64,000 nt of DNA from Parcubacteria group bacterium (GCA_016180525.1 JACPBB010000002.1:48824-112823), one strand, 5' to 3'. Counted from the stretch's first letter, positions 36,835 through 46,988 are shown. Numbers and translations: made by a program. The notes: a model not told the origin generated them from the sequence alone.

Positions 36835-37716
36835 ATGGACATGCTCAAATGGATAATTTTTATACTTGTTATTCTTTGGATCGTTTGGTTTTTAACCGGC
36901 GGTCCAAAAAGCGGATTTGTCAGTCAGCCGTTTTTACGCCCTCCCGCCCCTCTTGATACCGGGGAGCTTTATGGAGAACCGCTTTCAATTCCAGGCTTTG
37001 AAAGCAGAAGTGAAACGGGGTCTGCACAAGAAGAGAGCGCGCCTACATCAATATTCAGCGGAAGTATACAGCTTGCGGTTGGCAACCCCTACACTCAAAG
37101 TCCGCAGGAAGAATATGTTGAGATACGAGCCTCTTACAGCAACACGCAACCAATTAACATAACTGGCTGGGAAATAAAAAGCGCGATAAGCGGACTTGGC
37201 GCAAAGATCGGACAGGGAGTATACCTGCCGGCGTCTGGATTAGTAAACAGAGAAGAGCAAATTTTTCTAAATCCAGGTGACCACGCCGTTATAAACACGG
37301 GGCGATCCCCAAACGGCGTTTCGTTTCGGCTTAACAGTTGCACCGGGTACTTTGAACAATTCCAAGATTTTGCTCCGCAGCTTCCCTCGCAATGTCCGCT
37401 TATTGAAACTAAAGATCTGCCCGCAGTTGGAGCAGGAGGATTAAATGATGCCTGTATAAATTATATAGAACGTCTTCCGCAGTGTTTTGCTCACGTGCTT
37501 GCGGTCCCCACAGAGCTTTCTTCGGCATGCGGTGAATATATAAATAAAAATATCCATTACAGCGGATGTGTAGCCGCGCATAAAAATGATTCGGATTTTT
37601 ACAAGTCAGAATGGAGAATATTTCTAAATCAAAATACCGAATTGTGGCGCCAAACTAGAGAAACAATAAAGTTGTTTGATGCGCAGGGAAAAGTCATAGA
37701 CTCGCTTTCCTATTAG
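36835..37716 (+). CDS. Membrane-anchored protein with lamin-tail-like domain
   Basis: TM, EEYVEI...I.ITGW.I, TG.SP.G.SFR.N.C.GY, ETI.L.D..G..ID. Confidence 0.65.
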   Translation: MDMLKWIIFILVILWIVWFLTGGPKSGFVSQPFLRPPAPLDTGELYGEPLSIPGFESRSETGSAQEESAPTSIFSGSIQLAVGNPYTQSPQEEYVEIRASYSNTQPINITGWEIKSAISGLGAKIGQGVYLPASGLVNREEQIFLNPGDHAVINTGRSPNGVSFRLNSCTGYFEQFQDFAPQLPSQCPLIETKDLPAVGAGGLNDACINYIERLPQCFAHVLAVPTELSSACGEYINKNIHYSGCVAAHKNDSDFYKSEWRIFLNQNTELWRQTRETIKLFDAQGKVIDSLSY

Positions 37717-37781
37717 GAATTAGGCACTAGGCGTTAGAATTTAAATTTTCTAGAGCCTAACGCCTAATACCTAGAGCCTTT

Positions 37782-38261
37782 TTAAATATTTAAAATTCTG
37801 AAGAGGGCAGCCCCAGCTGCGACAGAGACATTGAGTGACTCCTTTTTCCCCTTCATGGGAATTTCCGCGATGATGTCGCAGTATTTGAGCACAGACGCGG
37901 GAATTCCCGACACTTCATTTCCAAAAACAAATGCTGTTTTTTTCTTCGGATGAATAGTTTTATAATCAATAGATTTTTTATCCTGCTCAATCGCAATAAC
38001 ATAAAAGCCATTTTGTCGTAATAACTTAATGAGCGGCACAACTCCAGTAACCTGCTCCCAGAATACTGTTTTTTCGGCCCCAAGCGCGGTTTTTTGAATC
38101 TCTTTTTGAATTCTACTAAATCTATCTATGGGCGCCGGGGTATGCCCCACAAGATATATTTTTGAAACTCCAGCTGCTTCTGCTGTCCTAAATATTGAGC
38201 CGACATTGTGGGTGCTTCGAATATTATGGAGCACAACTACAACTTCTTTATGGTTTCTCAT
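37782..38261 (-). CDS. TrmH/SpoU family RNA methyltransferase
   Basis: NIRS.HNVGSIFRTA, FGNEV.G+, EIPM.G.KESLNVSVA. Confidence 0.93.
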   Translation of the reverse strand: MRNHKEVVVVLHNIRSTHNVGSIFRTAEAAGVSKIYLVGHTPAPIDRFSRIQKEIQKTALGAEKTVFWEQVTGVVPLIKLLRQNGFYVIAIEQDKKSIDYKTIHPKKKTAFVFGNEVSGIPASVLKYCDIIAEIPMKGKKESLNVSVAAGAALFRILNI

Positions 38262-38302
38262 GCGAAAACTATACCATATAATCTCTATGATATACTCATA
38301 GT

Positions 38303-38650
38303 ATGATCTCTTTGTTTCCAGACTTTCTTTCGTTCGCACTCATTGCACCATTTATCATTCGGCTCTGTCTTGGTTTTTATTTTTTGCTGTACGCAATTCG
38401 GCTTTTTAAAAACCCACCACCTGTGGGCAGTGCCCATAAAGGATATATTCTTGCGACAATTGCTCTCTTGGGAAGCGTCTTTGTGCTTCTCGGCCTTTTC
38501 ACTCAGGGGGCGGCAATTGTTCTTGGGCTTCTCTCTCTTTACCGAATGAAGCGCTCGCAAAATAAAATTCTCTACGCGCTTCTCTTCGGCATGGCGCTCT
38601 CGCTTCTCTTCTCCGGCGCGGGGCTTTTCGCGTTTGACTTGCCCTTGTAA
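38303..38650 (+). CDS. DoxX-like membrane protein
   Basis: R+.LG, LGLFTQ.AA, L...GAG.FAFDLP. Confidence 0.7.
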   Translation: MISLFPDFLSFALIAPFIIRLCLGFYFLLYAIRLFKNPPPVGSAHKGYILATIALLGSVFVLLGLFTQGAAIVLGLLSLYRMKRSQNKILYALLFGMALSLLFSGAGLFAFDLPL

Positions 38651-38700
38651 TTCTATATTGAAAATTGTATAGTGAACCCAGAAAAAAAGGAGTTGCCACA

Positions 38701-38964
38701 ATGAGTTACGCCAATATTGATCAACGAATTAAAGAATTAGAAGAAGAAATTGCCGACGGAAGCGAACATCAGATAGAAACTTGGGAGCATGGTGGCTGGG
38801 GGGTTGGCTATGGACTTCTTGCACAGGGCAGTAGGCTTGAGAAAAAACGTAAAAAACTTTCATCATTAAGAAAAGTGAAGCGGCTCTATGAGGCATTGGA
38901 CATGTTTTTGAAGCATATTCGCATTTTTTTTCGTAGCCTCGGGGGTGTGGGGACACGCCGATGA
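38701..38964 (+). CDS. Hypothetical protein
   Basis: AAGGAG RBS before ATG 38701; coiled-coil character; ATGA overlap with the next ORF. Confidence 0.6.
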   Translation: MSYANIDQRIKELEEEIADGSEHQIETWEHGGWGVGYGLLAQGSRLEKKRKKLSSLRKVKRLYEALDMFLKHIRIFFRSLGGVGTRR

Positions 38965-39317
38965 GCCACGTTGACATTGACGCGTGTATTGCATTTTCTA
39001 AAGAGGGAGTCACGCGTTGTGAGAAAATGATAATGGAGATGTTTGGAGATGGCGGCTGTTGCATTGCCCAGTCATTTGCTTTGGCAAAACAGAGACACTT
39101 ACTCAATATTGAATTGTTGGAAGAACTGAAACAAAAATACGAAAATTTAAATGATCTTCAAAAACAAGCCCTCATACAATCTTTTCTTGCAAAAATAATT
39201 ACTGAATTTCATACTGATGTGCTAAAGAGAAAAATAGAGATTCTTGAGAGAACAATAATCAGACTGCTTCCTGAAGCTGCCCAAAAATTTGTTCACACAA
39301 CTCCAAAAGCCGCATAA
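38961..39317 (+). CDS. Hypothetical protein
   Basis: Coupled to the previous ORF; followed by hairpin AAAGCCGC...GCGGCTTTT. Confidence 0.6.
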   Translation: MSHVDIDACIAFSKEGVTRCEKMIMEMFGDGGCCIAQSFALAKQRHLLNIELLEELKQKYENLNDLQKQALIQSFLAKIITEFHTDVLKRKIEILERTIIRLLPEAAQKFVHTTPKAA

Positions 39318-39397
39318 AGCGGCTTTTTCTTGTTTTGAGTTTGAAATTTTAAACTTTTATGATATAAAAATAATGACGCATGTGCGTCATTTTTTAT

Positions 39398-39470
39398 CCG
39401 CCCATAGCTCAGCTGGTAGAGCAGCTCCCTTTTAAGGAGAAGGTCCCAGGTTCGATTCCTGGTGGGCGGA
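39398..39470 (+). tRNA. tRNA-Lys(TTT)
   Basis: CCGCCCA...TGGGCGG-A, anticodon loop CTTTTAA, T arm CCAGG-TTCGATT-CCTGG. Confidence 0.93.
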
Positions 39471-39757
39471 TTTGATAAAAAGGAAAATTTGTTTTAAAAA
39501 CAAAAGTTATCCACATATGATATTGCTCCCTTCGCGTCACAAGATACAATAAAGGCAGACCTGAAATACGTCTTATTGAAAAACTTTAGCCGGTAAGGCC
39601 TCAACATTTCGTTCAATACAAAGACGCATTTCAATTGTTCCATTAAAGTCATTTTTTGACTCTATTTTTTAAAGCCCGATTGCTAGAAACCCGCAAACCA
39701 TTGCGGGTTTCATTATTGCCAAATTTTAATGAGTTTAAACGAATATAAAATTTGAGC

Positions 39758-39870
39758 ACCCCGTTAGAAGTTTTTATGTTATACCAGCATATTATTGATG
39801 GTAGCCGTAGGCGGATTCGCTTGCGTATATTATTTCACCTCTTGGCGCGCGCTGAACTTTCTAATGGGGT
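39758..39870. mobile_element. MITE-like element with terminal inverted repeats
   Basis: ACCCCGTTAGAA ... TTCTAATGGGGT (11/12 match), non-coding interior. Confidence 0.45.
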
Positions 39871-39888
39871 AAGCCCACAAAATATTTT

Positions 39889-40599
39889 TTAGAGATTAAG
39901 CACGAATCGCTCAAGCGCAACGCGCATGTCATGGAGCCCGCGCCGCGCGTCGTGGTAGAGAGAAACGAGGGCCTCCGAGAGATTTTCAAGCTCTTCCGTA
40001 GAATAGTTATTCGCAAACCGTTTTGTTTTCTGATACACAAAGGGGTGAAGTCCCGGATTTTCTCCTTCCCGCTTCACCAAAAGCATATTTTTGATTTGAG
40101 AAAAAAATGTGCCAAGTATCTGCTCCGGCTTAAGACCTTCTCCATCAATCGCCTTACAAAACAATACCCATGTTTTTTTGCGGTCTCGTGCGCCAAATGC
40201 GTCTCCAAGCGCAAAGGAGTTAATGTTTCTTTTTTGTCCTTTTTCTTTCTCTGACTTCCATATTTTCTGCGCGTGCGCAGTAATCTTTTTTATAAACGCC
40301 GCCTCAATTTTCTCTTCAAGTAATACAAAAACATTCGGGGATTCCGCAAACTCTTTTAAACGTTCTTCAATAAATGCTTTCGCCTCCGGCGCAAGAAGGG
40401 CATTTCGCAAAAGAATAATATGCTCGCGCTCAAAAAGTCCCTGCCCGTGTAGGAGCTCTTCAATATCCCGAATATTAAAATTTTCCTCTCCGTATTCAAA
40501 AAAGGACGCGTTCGGTTTTTTCTCAAACAATTTTTCTAAAAACATATCGCACTTTTTGCGACTTTCATCAGCGTTGTTTCCATAAAAAAGATAAATCAT
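39889..40599 (-). CDS. holA: DNA polymerase III delta subunit-like (short form)
   Basis: MIYLFYG, GLF....I.L, F.L.DA...RD, HPFV..K....A..Y....L......L. Confidence 0.75.
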   Translation of the reverse strand: MIYLFYGNNADESRKKCDMFLEKLFEKKPNASFFEYGEENFNIRDIEELLHGQGLFEREHIILLRNALLAPEAKAFIEERLKEFAESPNVFVLLEEKIEAAFIKKITAHAQKIWKSEKEKGQKRNINSFALGDAFGARDRKKTWVLFCKAIDGEGLKPEQILGTFFSQIKNMLLVKREGENPGLHPFVYQKTKRFANNYSTEELENLSEALVSLYHDARRGLHDMRVALERFVLNL

Positions 40600-40619
40600 G
40601 CTAAATTTTAAATTTGAAA

Positions 40620-43007
40620 TTATAAATTTGCAATTTGCAATTTTTTCAACTCTCCCCAATTATCTCCTACAGATACATCAACAATGAATGGAATGTCGGT
40701 TTTAACAATATGTTCCATAATGTGTTTAATTTTTGGCACAACTGCTGAAACTGCGTCTTTTTTAATTTCATAAACAAGCTCGTCGTGCACCTGTAAAAGT
40801 AAAAATACCTTATCAGCTAGATTTTCTTTAGTGAGCATTTCATTCACGCGGATAATCGCGAGTTTAATAATATCCCCCGTTGCGGTCCCTTGTATGGGGG
40901 CATTCACTGCCATGCGCTCTGCCGCGCTTCTGATATAGGGAATATTTGAATGAATACCCTCAATATAGCGACGTCTTCCAAAAAGCGTTTCCGTATAGCC
41001 CCTCTTCGCGGTTTCTTGTTTTATGTGCTCAATATACTTCGCGATTCCAGGAAATTTTTTAAAATAATCATCATAAAATTTTTGCGCTTCTTCGCGGGTA
41101 CTTTTGAGTGACCGCTGAAGCGATGTAATCCCCATACCATAAATAATGCCGAAATTAATCACCTTCGCCTTCCTGCGCATATCTTTATTTACTTTGTGAA
41201 GAGTGACCCCGAATATGTGAGCGGCAACGGCCGCGTGCACATCAACTCCCTCCTGTAAAATTTTCGTAAGTGTTTTCTCTTTTGATAACAACGCAAGAAC
41301 CCGCAGTTCAATCTGCGAATAATCAAGTGCGACAAGCGAAAATCCTTTGTCCGCGCGAAATGCCATCCGAATTTCGTCTCCATATCCTCCGCGCGCGGGA
41401 ATATTCTGCATATTCGGGTCTTTTGACGACATGCGACCCGTTGTTGTTCCTGTTTGAATAAATGTTGTATGCAGTCGCCCATCTTTTGAAACCATCTGCG
41501 GAATATTATCAACATATGTTGAAAGTAGCTTTTGCAGTTCCCGATAGCCTAAAATGTGCTCAATAATGGGGTGAGCGCCCTCAAGTTTTAAAAGTTCCGA
41601 CTCGCGAGTTGAGCGCGCACCTCCCTCTGTTTTCCGCAACCCTTTGAGAGAAAGTTTCAGGTGATCAAAAAGCACAACCGAAAGCTGCTGTGATGAGTTA
41701 ATATTAAATCTTTCCCCAGCTTCTTTCCAAATGTTATTTTGGAGTTTTTCCAGTGCGTCGTGATATTTTTTAGAAAGTTTTTTCAGGTATGCGGTATCAA
41801 CAATAATTCCCCGCTCACTCGCCTGTTTGAGAAGCGGCAGAAGTGGCAATTCAATGTCGTAGTATACTTTTTCTAGATTTCTTTTTTTGAGTTCTTCAAA
41901 AATACGCTTTTTTGCGCTTGCAAAAGAATCTGTGTGAACAAATTGCAAAATATCTTCTTTTGTGGGACTTGTGATGTTGGAATTAACAAGCCAGAGCGCG
42001 AGAGCAGTTTCTGCAACTTCTTTTTGAGAAATGCTCTCTGATTTCGATGCCTCTTTTTCTTCTGTTGTCTCAACGTCTCCAAACATTTTTTTTGCCCGCT
42101 CGGTGAGCGTTCTGAATTCAAGCTCGTGAAAAAGCGCCGCAACTTTTGAAACATCAAACGACTCCGCAAATGATTTTTCCGGAAGAGAAAAAGAAATGGG
42201 GGCATCGGCGCGAATTGTCGCGAGCGTTTTTGAAAAAAGCGCTTCTTCTTCGCCTTCTTGTAAAAGTTTTATTATGCGCGGCGTTAGACTCTTTTTCGCA
42301 AACTGTTTCTCGTCTTTTTTAAGCGCCCTATACATCTCTTCAATACTTCCAAATCCTTGAATTAGAATTGTCGCTGTTTTCTCTCCGATACCCTTAATTC
42401 CCACAATGTTGTCCGACGGGTCTCCCCGCAAGCCTTTAAAATCAGGAAGAAGTTTTGGAGAGAATCCGAAACGTTTTTCTACGGCCTCTTCGTCGTAGAG
42501 TACCGTGTCGTTTATTCCTTTTTTAAGGGTAAATACCTGTACCCGCCTATCGTCTACAAGCTGGAGCGTGTCCATGTCACCCGAGGCAATCACTATTTCA
42601 ATATCGCCCTTCTGAAGTTTTTTTTTCATCTGCGCGACAATGGTGCCGAGCATATCGTCAGCCTCAAACCCCAATTTTTCATAGATGGGAATGTTAAACG
42701 CCTTGAAAATATCCCGCGAGCGATTCATTTGCGCGATAAGGTCATCTTCCGCTTTGGGCCGCTTCGCTTTATATGCTTCATACGCGACGTGCCTGAACGT
42801 GGGGCCCGGCATATCGTAACAAGCGGCAATATAATCCGGCTTCAAGTCGGCAATGATTTTCATGAGCATAGCGGAGAGACCATAGAGAGCTCCTGTCGGC
42901 TCGCCCTTGCTTGAAGAAAACTCAGGCATGGCGTGATAGCCACGATGGAGAATCGCGTGCGCATCCAGAAGCACTAATCTCTTTGATTTTTTAGATATGT
43001 TTACCAT
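40620..43007 (-). CDS. polA: DNA polymerase I (5'-3' exonuclease + polymerase)
   Basis: EADD, GD.SDNI.G+.GIGEKTA, TGRMSS..PN.QNIP, DYSQIELR, K..NFGIIYG, LQVHDELV. Confidence 0.97.
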   Translation of the reverse strand: MVNISKKSKRLVLLDAHAILHRGYHAMPEFSSSKGEPTGALYGLSAMLMKIIADLKPDYIAACYDMPGPTFRHVAYEAYKAKRPKAEDDLIAQMNRSRDIFKAFNIPIYEKLGFEADDMLGTIVAQMKKKLQKGDIEIVIASGDMDTLQLVDDRRVQVFTLKKGINDTVLYDEEAVEKRFGFSPKLLPDFKGLRGDPSDNIVGIKGIGEKTATILIQGFGSIEEMYRALKKDEKQFAKKSLTPRIIKLLQEGEEEALFSKTLATIRADAPISFSLPEKSFAESFDVSKVAALFHELEFRTLTERAKKMFGDVETTEEKEASKSESISQKEVAETALALWLVNSNITSPTKEDILQFVHTDSFASAKKRIFEELKKRNLEKVYYDIELPLLPLLKQASERGIIVDTAYLKKLSKKYHDALEKLQNNIWKEAGERFNINSSQQLSVVLFDHLKLSLKGLRKTEGGARSTRESELLKLEGAHPIIEHILGYRELQKLLSTYVDNIPQMVSKDGRLHTTFIQTGTTTGRMSSKDPNMQNIPARGGYGDEIRMAFRADKGFSLVALDYSQIELRVLALLSKEKTLTKILQEGVDVHAAVAAHIFGVTLHKVNKDMRRKAKVINFGIIYGMGITSLQRSLKSTREEAQKFYDDYFKKFPGIAKYIEHIKQETAKRGYTETLFGRRRYIEGIHSNIPYIRSAAERMAVNAPIQGTATGDIIKLAIIRVNEMLTKENLADKVFLLLQVHDELVYEIKKDAVSAVVPKIKHIMEHIVKTDIPFIVDVSVGDNWGELKKLQIANL

Positions 43008-43009
43008 TC

Positions 43010-43456
43010 TTAAATCTTAATAGTTATTTTTCTTTCATGCTCACTAATATGTTCAAAATATATTTTTATTGCGTTTTTGGGAATTGCTTTTTCTATTCTG
43101 TCCGCCCATTCAACAAGAATAATGTTGCGCGAATCTTTTTTTATATCATCCCAGCCGATTTGATGTAGCTCGCCCTCATCTTTGAGCCGATACGCGTCAA
43201 TATGTATAAATTTTGTAAAATCATTTTTTAAAATATCATATGCCCGCAAAAGTATAAATGTAGGACTTGGAACGGTTTCCTCTACTCCAAATTCTTTCGC
43301 GGCCGCTTGAGCAAAATTCGTCTTTCCACTTCCTAAATCTCCGTAGAGCGCGAGCATCGTGGCTTCTTTCCGTTTTGTGTCAGAGAGAATGTTTGCAACT
43401 ATTTCGCGAGCTATTTTTTCCGTCTCTTTCGGATTGTGAGTAATGTGCTCTGTCAT
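43010..43456 (-). CDS. tsaE: tRNA t6A biosynthesis ATPase
   Basis: L.GDLGSGKT.F, SPTF.L, H.D.YRL, VEWA. Confidence 0.95.
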   Translation of the reverse strand: MTEHITHNPKETEKIAREIVANILSDTKRKEATMLALYGDLGSGKTNFAQAAAKEFGVEETVPSPTFILLRAYDILKNDFTKFIHIDAYRLKDEGELHQIGWDDIKKDSRNIILVEWADRIEKAIPKNAIKIYFEHISEHERKITIKI

Positions 43457-43552
43457 ATTTATTTAATTGTAACACGACATTATAAATAGAAAGGGCGCGC
43501 CATCCAAATCCGAAGATTGGATGTCGCGCCCTTGAGTTGTTGGCCGAGTTGC

Positions 43553-44029
43553 TTAGCGCACGCCGCAGAACGGCGAGCCCCAGCCGTGCACACGGCACTG
43601 TTCGGCCGCGTCATTCCAGGCCTGGTTATCGGCGGCATTGCGGACCCACTGGGCTCGAACGTCACCGAGATTCGCGCCGCCCTGGCCGATGCCGAAGCCG
43701 ATGGTGGCTTGCGGCGCCTGAAAGATGACGCCCTGCTGCTGCGGAACCGGAACGATAATGATCTGCGGCTGCTGGTAGACCACGACAGGCGGCTGTGGAG
43801 CCTGAATGATGACCGTCTGGGTCGGATACGAGTGACCGTAGACGACCTGCGGCGGCGTCAGTATCCGGTCGAGCACGAAGCCGGTGAAAGTGCCAGCCGC
43901 GAATGCACCCCAACTGTTACCGCCGTGATTGTGGTGACGGCCGCCGGCGTTGGCGTCGTTGGCGAAGCCAGTGAAGCCGATGGCGATGATCGAGAAGATG
44001 GCAAGCGAAGAGAGAATCTTGCGAACCAT
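43553..44029 (-). CDS. Secreted Pro/Gln/Val-rich hypothetical protein
   Basis: Signal peptide ending ANA, glycine-zipper-like segment, PQ-rich linker; AAGGAGG RBS; strongly GC-rich. Confidence 0.7.
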   Translation of the reverse strand: MVRKILSSLAIFSIIAIGFTGFANDANAGGRHHNHGGNSWGAFAAGTFTGFVLDRILTPPQVVYGHSYPTQTVIIQAPQPPVVVYQQPQIIIVPVPQQQGVIFQAPQATIGFGIGQGGANLGDVRAQWVRNAADNQAWNDAAEQCRVHGWGSPFCGVR

Positions 44030-44223
44030 TTTTTTGGCCCTCCTTAGGCCGATGTTGAATGGAACCACTTCTAAGCTAATGTAATTATATCATACTTTGA
44101 TATATAAAGTCAAGCCCCCAAACAGTTAAAATACCCTTATTTTACAATCATAAAAATTCAGTTCCAAGGCCTGGCCTTGGAACGGTAAAAATAAAAAGAG
44201 GCGGCATCGTGAGATGCCGCCGG

Positions 44224-44388
44224 CTAGAGATAGAATTCCGGTACTTTTTTTGAGAGGCGCCTACGATTGTGTTTCTCCATCCACTCTCCAGCACTGTCTA
44301 TGAGCCGAAGAGCGGAGATAAGCGTCGCGGCGATTGCGACGATTGCCCACTCTGCAAATTTTCGGGCATTGTCATCTTTCATGTTCAT
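44224..44388 (-). CDS. Unannotated 54-aa single-TM protein
   Basis: MNMKDDNARKFAEWAIVAIAATLISALRL...FYL*; GGGAGG RBS; promoter upstream; terminator 44193-44221. Confidence 0.6.
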   Translation of the reverse strand: MNMKDDNARKFAEWAIVAIAATLISALRLIDSAGEWMEKHNRRRLSKKVPEFYL

Positions 44389-44427
44389 GATCTGCCTCCC
44401 TTAAAATGTTAAATCTGATTGCTTTTT

Positions 44428-44456
44428 ATTATATCAATAAAATATATTTATGTCAA
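44428..44456 (-). promoter_or_regulatory. Consensus sigma70 promoter
   Basis: TTGACA-17 nt-TATAAT with TG extension, minus strand. Confidence 0.7.
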
Positions 44457-44508
44457 GTGTCTAAAATAATATAAAAGCGCCCCTAACTTGAGGGGCGCGA
44501 TTGCGAAA

Positions 44509-45000
44509 TTAATTAACGATTCTCCATGAACCATCCGGATTTCTGCACGCTGTGCCATAGGCTCGCACCTTCTTGCCGCCGACAGTTACTTCCTGCTGAT
44601 ATTCGCGACAGTATTCACCAGAAGAAGTCTGATATGTGCGAGTAGGCATAATCATTCCAGAGTGTCCGGAATCAGGATTGTGCCACGGAGTTCCGACCCT
44701 GGTGGGATTCGTTTCAAGAGCTACCATAGCAGCGCGCTCAGCGTACATTCTGTCAGCGCGGTCAAGCGAGGCGCCGACTTCACTACCAGCCCATGCACCG
44801 AGAAGGACGCCGAGTGCAGTTGCCGCAAGCTGACCCTTGCCCGAGCCAATCTGCGAGCCAGCGAGTCCGCCGATAGCCCCGCCGATAAGCATTCCGCCTG
44901 TTTGTTTGTTCCCCCATCCATTTGACTGACATGCCGAAACCGAAATCATGAGCGCAAACACAAGTCCAACGCTTAGAATGGCTTTCATTATTCTTTTCAT
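44509..45000 (-). CDS. 17 kDa surface antigen-like glycine-zipper lipoprotein (RT0821/Lpp0805 type)
   Basis: Lipobox VSAC, GG..GG..GSQIG.G.GQL.AT..G, W.NPDSG, CREYQQ.V.VGG...AYGTACR.PDGSW. Confidence 0.9.
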   Translation of the reverse strand: MKRIMKAILSVGLVFALMISVSACQSNGWGNKQTGGMLIGGAIGGLAGSQIGSGKGQLAATALGVLLGAWAGSEVGASLDRADRMYAERAAMVALETNPTRVGTPWHNPDSGHSGMIMPTRTYQTSSGEYCREYQQEVTVGGKKVRAYGTACRNPDGSWRIVN

Positions 45001-45165
45001 TGACCCCTCCTTTTTGGGCCGCATTGTGGGTGTCAAAACCCGCACAAAGTTTATATGAAGAGAGATTGTGGGTCAAGCTAACCCACCTTTATACCTTATA
45101 CAGAATACCGAAGCACCGAACACATACTTTCAAAGTATGTGCTCTGGCTTTATACTTAAAGATAT

Positions 45166-46845
45166 ATGGTTACATTTGACGAGAACAGGCAAAACAAACA
45201 ACTGGAGATACTGCGCCGCTCTGAAGAAGAGGACGTGGTAAAAATACTTTCTCAAAAATACGGAATTCCCTATCTTGACCTTGGAAGTATTCCTATAAAC
45301 ACGGACGCACTCCGCCTTATTCCCGAAGAAGAGTCGCGAGAAGCAGAGGCCGCCGGTTTTAAGCTTGTCGGCAAAAAAATTTTTGTGGCGGTTCTTTCTC
45401 CCAAAAAAGAGAGAACTCTCATGGCTTTAAAAGAACTTGAGCGCAAGGGATATGAGCCGCTCCTTAATCTTGTCTCAAGACAAGGCCTTGAGCGCGCTTG
45501 GGAGCGTTATAAAGAAATTTCTTTTGCCGAAGAGACGGAGGCGGGGGTTCTTGAAATTTCAAGTCAAAAACTCTCTTCGTTTGTTGAAGAGCTCGGGACA
45601 ATAGAGGACCTTAAAAAACTTATTACCGAAACGATGGGGTCATCCACAAAATATCATGTATCCCACATTCTTGAAATTCTAATTGCTGGCGGCATGGCAA
45701 CTGAAGCTTCCGATATTCACATTGAACCGGAGGAGACTTCCGCAAAATTGCGGCTACGGCTTGATGGAGTGCTTCAAGATTTAATGTTTATTGAAAGCAA
45801 AATATATACCCTCATCAACTCACGCATTAAATTGCTCTCGGGACTCAAGCTTAATGTTAAAGATGAGGCTCAGGACGGCAGATTTAGCATAAAAATTAAG
45901 GATAACGATATAGAAATCAGAACTTCAATAATTCCCGGCGCATATGGAGAGTCAATTGTAATGCGTCTGTTAAATCCTAAAAAACTTTCTGTTTCTTTTG
46001 AAAATCTTGGGATAGAGCCGCGGCTTCTTTCAATTATTGAGCGTGAGCTTGAGAAACCAAACGGAATGATATTAAATACCGGCCCGACGGGATCTGGAAA
46101 AACAACCGCGCTCTACGCTTTTTTAAAAAAAGTGCAAACTCCTGGAATAAAAATTATCACCATTGAGGATCCTGTTGAATATCATCTGCCGGGAATCACG
46201 CAAACCCAGGTTGACGAGGAGGGAGAGTATACATTCGCGCAAGGAGTCCGCTCCGTGCTCCGACAAGACCCTGATGTCATCATGATTGGAGAAATCAGGG
46301 ACAAAGATACCGCACGAACCGCGATTCACGCGGCTTTGACCGGACATTTGGTTCTCGCAACGCTTCACACAAACAACGCTGCCGGAACAATTCCGCGTCT
46401 TATTGATCTGGGAGTTAACAGTAAAGTTATTGGCTCCGCGCTTACGGCGACAATGGCGCAGAGACTCGTGAGAAAAATATGCCTTGAGTGCAAGAAAAAA
46501 CGGGCACCCACCGCCGCTGAAAAGAAAATTATTCAAACTATTATTTCCCGTATGCCCGATATATATAAGCAAGAAATGCCAAAAACATACTCACTGTGGG
46601 AGGGAGAGAAGTGTCTCAAGTGCCACAACACCGGCTATAAAGGAAGAATTGGTATTTTTGAAGCAATACTGATGGATGAACAGGTAGAGAAAGTAACAAC
46701 CCAAAATCCAAGCGAGCGTGAAATTACAAAAGCTGCCGAATCCCAAAATATACTGTCAATGCGGGAAGACGGACTGTTAAAAGTTATGCGGGGCATAACT
46801 TCTCTTTCTGAATTAGAACGAGTGGTTGGACTTGAAGGAGACTGA
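45166..46845 (+). CDS. pilB: GspE/PilB family secretion/pilus assembly ATPase
   Basis: ASDIHIEP, QDGRF, GPTGSGKTT, TIEDPVEY, LRQDPDVIMIGEIRD, TGHLV.+TLH, C..C..GYKGR. Confidence 0.92.
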   Translation: MVTFDENRQNKQLEILRRSEEEDVVKILSQKYGIPYLDLGSIPINTDALRLIPEEESREAEAAGFKLVGKKIFVAVLSPKKERTLMALKELERKGYEPLLNLVSRQGLERAWERYKEISFAEETEAGVLEISSQKLSSFVEELGTIEDLKKLITETMGSSTKYHVSHILEILIAGGMATEASDIHIEPEETSAKLRLRLDGVLQDLMFIESKIYTLINSRIKLLSGLKLNVKDEAQDGRFSIKIKDNDIEIRTSIIPGAYGESIVMRLLNPKKLSVSFENLGIEPRLLSIIERELEKPNGMILNTGPTGSGKTTALYAFLKKVQTPGIKIITIEDPVEYHLPGITQTQVDEEGEYTFAQGVRSVLRQDPDVIMIGEIRDKDTARTAIHAALTGHLVLATLHTNNAAGTIPRLIDLGVNSKVIGSALTATMAQRLVRKICLECKKKRAPTAAEKKIIQTIISRMPDIYKQEMPKTYSLWEGEKCLKCHNTGYKGRIGIFEAILMDEQVEKVTTQNPSEREITKAAESQNILSMREDGLLKVMRGITSLSELERVVGLEGD

Positions 46846-46988
46846 GAAAAACAAAAATCCGACACATGTCGGGTTTTTGTTTGCTATACCGTTACACCTC
46901 AAATTTACATATTTTCAAGATTGCGGAGTATTAAAAAATAGAGAAAATGAATTCCAAAGATTCATATGTTTACATAGGTCGGTACGAC

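Noticed and set aside
43517-44047. 176-aa plus-strand ORF
   Set aside because: Shadow of the GC-rich minus-strand gene, which has a signal peptide, RBS and promoter.
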